This document shows, one piece after another, positions 59,077 through 64,000 of a stretch of 64,000 nt of DNA; position 1 is the stretch's first letter, and each line of letters starts with the position of its first letter. The notes below the pieces were generated by a model that saw nothing but the letters and a program-made list of their open reading frames with translations, ran no database searches and had not been told where the DNA came from. The position numbers and the translations under genes were made by a program. Source of the stretch: Eledone cirrhosa (lineage: Eukaryota); contig OZ024742.1 in NCBI GenBank assembly GCA_964016885.1, forward strand, positions 360,964,001 through 361,028,000. The letters are read 5' to 3'.

Positions 59077-59443
59077 ATATGTATACGTGTATGCGTGCAT
59101 TTATATATATGTGTATATATGTATGTGTGTGTAAGTATGCTTTTGTGTTTTTTTGTGTGTGTTTGCATGTGTAGTTTTATTTTATTTTTCCTTTCCTTCT
59201 CCCTTTTCCAGCCTCACTTTCATATAGATTGCATTTTTGTTTTTACAATCCATATTCAATAAACAAACCAGGATTTTTCATTCTGAGGATTGAAAGCAAA
59301 ACCTTTTGCTTTTAAGAAACCACTGGTAAATGGAATAATTGCCTTATGTTGTTTATTACATAATAATAATAATAATTAAGCTCTGTTGCATACATAGAGC
59401 ACTCTTTTTTCCTGGACTTTTCCGATGGAATTACTTCATTTAC
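55489..59443 (+). mobile_element. 3.9-kb fold-back PLE: inverted arms around a rearranged GIY-YIG C-terminus
   Basis: Arms 55489-57305 / 57706-59375, tail 59376-59443. The centre encodes STALASKVWDLK..W (-) and CSLCTTEK..LNSKTE..CPH (+). Two hammerhead units per arm. Confidence 0.9.
59279..59332 (+). ncRNA. Type-I hammerhead ribozyme motif (mirror copy at 55529-55582 on -)
   Basis: catt CTGAGGA ttgaaagcaaaa cc ttttgcttttaa GAAA cca c tgg TA aatg. Confidence 0.85.
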
Positions 59444-59469
59444 ACACATATATATATATATACATATAT

Positions 59470-61298
59470 CCAGACACAGGCGAGGCGTAAAAACCTCTGT
59501 TTTAATATAGAGGTGTTAGTATTTACAAAACCAGCCTCTACCTTGTAAATATCAGTATTCCTGAATGAGATATGTATCCACAATGTGTGAAAATTAATGA
59601 TCTTATGTTTAGTTTTTAAAAAAAATTCATATGTTTATGTCATAATTACAAACATCTATGTGAATGTACATGATCAATTCTGCAAACCCTAAGTTCACGG
59701 AAAGTATTCTCAATGTGGTATAAAAATTTAAGTATACATATATGTGTATATAGAGTCAATATTACTATTTCTGTCTATCAAGCAAAGATAGAGCAGATTT
59801 CAATATACTAATAAAAATAAAAATAAAAATATATCGGAAACAAAACTAAAAATAACAATAATAATAAGTAATAATAAAATAGAAAACTAAGAAATATTAC
59901 GAAAGAATATTACATATTAAAAATATTACATATTAAAAAATTTACATATTAAGAATATTAAAAATAAAAATTAGGAAATACTACAATAATAAAAATAAAA
60001 TAAACCACAAAGATCAACCCTTCAAAATTAATTGACAATATATTGCCAAGTTCATTATAAACATCAGAGTCGAAAAACAGATAAAGCCAAAAATTATCTA
60101 TCAAATCGCATCTAGTAAAGATCATTTCAAAAAGTATAGGATGCCCAATTTGGTCTACATGTGTTCTTATATTTAATATAGAAGTTTATCTAGTGTAACG
60201 TTTATTCGAAATATTTGGAGCATCAACTTTTAGGATAGCTTAATTTTTCATGAAGAATGTTTAAATAAATAAAATAAAAATAAAAAGAATAAAGAGAATC
60301 AAAGATTTATCGGCTAGTTTCCCATATAATTATAAATCAAACTAAATATACTACATTTTAAATTTAAATTTATATTTAAACGTTGAGTTTAATCTATGTT
60401 TGCAACAACTGAATAAATTTGTCCGTAGATTAAGGGAATTTTTAGATTTTAGTATAAAGAATATCTCCTCTGCGCAGAGGTCACATGTCTCAGAGGATGA
60501 ATTAAAAGGAATCCCTCTTGAGACTATATTCCAAGCCGTCGAATATCTAACGTTATCTAGCTTAAGTTGCCATAGTACGCCTGATAGTGCCGTTGAAGAT
60601 TTTTTACTTGGATCTGTGAAAGAATTCTTGTGGTTATTATAGCGAAGTTTAAATTCCGTCGATGTGGAACCGACGTAGTTAAAAGAATTAGAGTCAGTAT
60701 TAACATTACAATTGTATACTATATTTTTAACTAAGCAGTTGTTATTTAACGGACATTTAGATCTATCTCTACAGTTACATTTGTTAACTTGTATATTATT
60801 TATGCTGTTATCACTAGGTTTTAAGTTCCTATTATTTATTCTATTGATATTTTGTGCTAAATTTTTGGTGGATGAGTAGGTTAATTTAATTGTATGTCTA
60901 TTGAAAATTGAGTGATATCTATGTGTTCTAGGGAAGCGATTATCAAGAGCTTTAAAAAATAGTTTAGCGATGTGGGTTTTAATGTTTAGTGAGAAAGGGG
61001 GGGGGGGGGGGGCAAACCAAATTATGTTCCTAGTTCTATTTCTTTTTTGGCCTTTGGAATTATTGTAATGCTTTCTATTATAGTTGTTAAGGATGTTGCC
61101 GTAATTAAAAAAGTTGTTACTTTGTTTAGTTTGTCTATCATTATCTATGTACACAATCTTATCAGCATATCCTGCTCTAGCTAATGCTTCATTGTAGTAT
61201 TGGGCTTTTTCGTCGAAAATCTTTCTATTCGACGAGATCCTAGAGATACGTTTTTGGACAGAGTTTACTATAGTGTTTTTGACAGATCTGGGGTGCTC
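59470..61298 (-). mobile_element. Penelope-like element 3' part (open frame 61298-60351, GIY-YIG)
   Basis: Frame is open from EHPRSVK..RISRISS..YYNEALARAGY through WF.PPFS, HRYHSIFNRHTIKLTYS, CNCR..CPL..NIVY, YVGST..FKLRYNNH, CDLCAEE and LNLR..CKH. Confidence 0.9.
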
Positions 61299-61940
61299 TC
61301 TCTATATTTTTTCTCTCCCTATATAACAGCTGGTTTTCCCTCCATATATCTCCCTTATATTAATACTAGAGCTAAATAAATAAATAAATAAATAAATGTA
61401 TCATTGATACGTTATTGAACAGTCGTCCCATTACCTAGCTTTCTCTATATATATATCTATCTCTATTTCCTCTCTCTCTATATATATATATCTCTTTCTG
61501 TTTCTTTACATGAAGTTCTTCTCTTTATCTATCTTTCCATCTCTCTATTTTGTTCCATGCATCTCTTCTTTTTCTTTTTCTTCGTTTTCTGTCTTTCTTT
61601 CCTTTTTTCTCTCTTTTTCTCTCTTTCTCTCTCTCTTTCTTTCTCTTTGTGTACAATTTTGTCACTACCAAATCAACCTTCTCAAATGCAAGTAGATGTT
61701 ACGGTATGTCGAATCTATTTATCTATAAAATTGTTTATATTGTATTTTGTCTGAGGAAGGCATAGCATATTGTTAATATGATATCCCTGAAATATATATA
61801 ATGAAATAAATATGGTTTTATAAATATAGTTTCCATTTATTTAATATTGTAAATATACTCCAAATATTTGTCGAGTGCTTTTATATCAGTTATAAATATT
61901 TACTAGTTGTAACCCAACAATTTAAATATAACTTTCCATA
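61299..61940 (+). mobile_element. Family A pLTR with hammerhead (61744-61807) and tail
   Basis: 61700-61940 is nearly identical to 42885-43127; core CTGAGGA...GAAA tatata TA. Confidence 0.85.
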
Positions 61941-62043
61941 TATACATATATATATATATATATACATACTTATATATATATATATACACATATATATATA
62001 TATATATACGGATTAACAAATAATAGTTAAATGCAGTCCACTT

Positions 62044-62134
<91 letters not shown>

Positions 62135-62197
62135 CATATATATATACATATATATATATATAAATACGTATATATATACATATATATATATATATAC

Positions 62198-62930
62198 ATT
62201 TCGTTTCTGAATTTGTTTAGCAAGATTCTTTATCTGAAATCGTGTGTTGAAACCGATATTGTTATACTTTGAGAGGGTCATGTTGCCAATAAGAAACACA
62301 CGCACCAGTTGCTTTCACTTCAATTTAATTTATTATATATTTATAAATTTACAAATTTATAAATTTCTGGTTGGTTGGTTGGTTCCACAACCAGATAGTT
62401 GTTTATATATATATAGTCATAGTTCTTTCGTCACACACTCTGTGACCTCTTCAGTGACTGGGGATTTCTTTCTTCGTTTCTGTGCCATTCCTTTCTTCTA
62501 TCCTACGCCATTTTGTTTGTGTGTGGGTTGCGTGCTCAGTTTGCGCATGCGCCACATCCGGGTGTCTGTGTGTGTTTGTGTTCATTTTTTGTGTTCATTT
62601 TGTGAACACAAACACACACAGACACCCGGATGTGGCGCATGCGCAAACTGAGCACGCAACCCACACACAAACAAAATGGCGTAGGATAGAAGAAAGGAAA
62701 GGCACAGAAACGAAGAAAGAAATCCCCAGTCACTGAAGAGGTCACAGAGTGTGTGACGAAAGAACTATGACTATATATATATAAACAACTATCTAGTTGT
62801 GGAACCAACCAACCAACCAGAAATTTATAAATTTGTAAATTTATAAATATATAATAAATTAAATTGAAGTGAAAGCAACTGGTGCGTGTGTTTCTTATTG
62901 GCAACATGACCCTCCCAAAGTATAACAATA
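62198..62930 (-). mobile_element. Fold-back non-coding PLE-type element (family B)
   Basis: Arms ~62257-62584 / ~62603-62930 and tail 62198-62256. Hammerheads at 62415-62459 (-) and 62728-62772 (+; agtca CTGAAGA g gtcac agagtgt gtgac GAAA gaac TA tgact). Confidence 0.92.
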
Positions 62931-62939
62931 TATATATAC

Positions 62940-62970
<31 letters not shown>

Positions 62971-62983
62971 CATATATATATAC

Positions 62984-63022
<39 letters not shown>

Positions 63023-63180
63023 GATATATATATATATATACATATATATATACATATATATATATATACATATATATATATACATATACACATATATATA
63101 CATATATATATATATACATACATATGCATATATACATATATATATATACATAAATATATATATATATATACATATATATT

Positions 63181-63215
<35 letters not shown>

Positions 63216-63218
63216 TTG

Positions 63219-63257
<39 letters not shown>

Positions 63258-63261
<4 letters not shown>

Positions 63262-63735
63262 TGTTATACTTTGGGAGGGTCATGTTGCCAATAAGAAACA
63301 CACGCACCAGTTGCTTTCACTGCAATTTATTATATATTTATAAATTTATAAATTTCTGGTTGGTTGGTTGGTTCCACAACCAGATAGTTGTTTATATATA
63401 GTCATAGTCCTTTGGTCACACACTCTGTGACCTCTTCAGTGACTGGGGATTCCTTTCTTTGTTTCTGTGCCTTTCCTTTCTTCTGTCCTACGCCATTTTG
63501 TTTCTGTGTGTGTGTTGTGTGCTCAGTTTGCGCATGCATCACATCCGGGTGTCTGTGTGTGTTTGTGTTCATTTATCTATTTGTTTATTTATTTACATGT
63601 TATTGGTTGGTTGTTTGTACTATGTGTCTGTGTGTTTTCATTTTGTCCTTAATTGTAAGTTGTGATGTTGCTGTTCCACTCATATTTTCTATTTAATTTT
63701 GGTTGTAATTCTTTTATGTTTATTGCCTCTGATAT
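63258..63735 (-). mobile_element. Family B pLTR copy with mutated hammerhead
   Basis: Matches 62257-62585 and extends further 5'. GAAA changed to CAAA at ~63411. Confidence 0.8.
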
Positions 63736-63796
63736 ATATTTAAGTATGTATATATATAATTATGTATGTATATATATATATACATATATATATAAG

Positions 63797-63923
<127 letters not shown>

Positions 63924-63926
63924 ATG

Positions 63927-63981
<55 letters not shown>

Positions 63982-64000
63982 CTTTCCACCACTCCCCTAC

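Noticed and set aside
59470-59560. Two hairpins at the end of a PLE 3' UTR as a ribozyme
   Set aside because: Stem-loops are visible, but I cannot match a hammerhead, HDV-like or twister core.

Overview
Eukaryotic, very AT- and microsatellite-rich genomic DNA with one 200-N gap (27873-28072). The repeat content resembles a cephalopod (octopus-like) genome, which is an inference. The first ~8 kb holds a probable spliced host gene: two phase-compatible coding exons give ~360 aa with an N-terminal MGxxxS+polybasic motif and a C-terminal hydrophobic segment. 8-28 kb is mostly tRNA-derived SINEs, minisatellites, MITEs and a non-autonomous Helitron. 28-64 kb is a nest of retroelements in (TA)n/(TACA)n tracts: four Penelope-like element (PLE) GIY-YIG ORFs plus a fifth fragment, three RTE LINE fragments and one CR1-type fragment. 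The main signal is a recurring architecture, (TA)n - inverted arm - forward arm - short unpaired tail - (TA)n, seen at least seven times from ~0.2 to ~4.4 kb. Most of these fold-backs carry a type-I hammerhead ribozyme motif in each arm, facing outward on opposite strands, and most encode no protein. About 20 hammerhead or hammerhead-like motifs from about nine sequence families were read by eye. Almost all listed YI/VC-rich ORFs are microsatellite artefacts. All coordinates and pairings were determined manually; no searches or folding programs were run.
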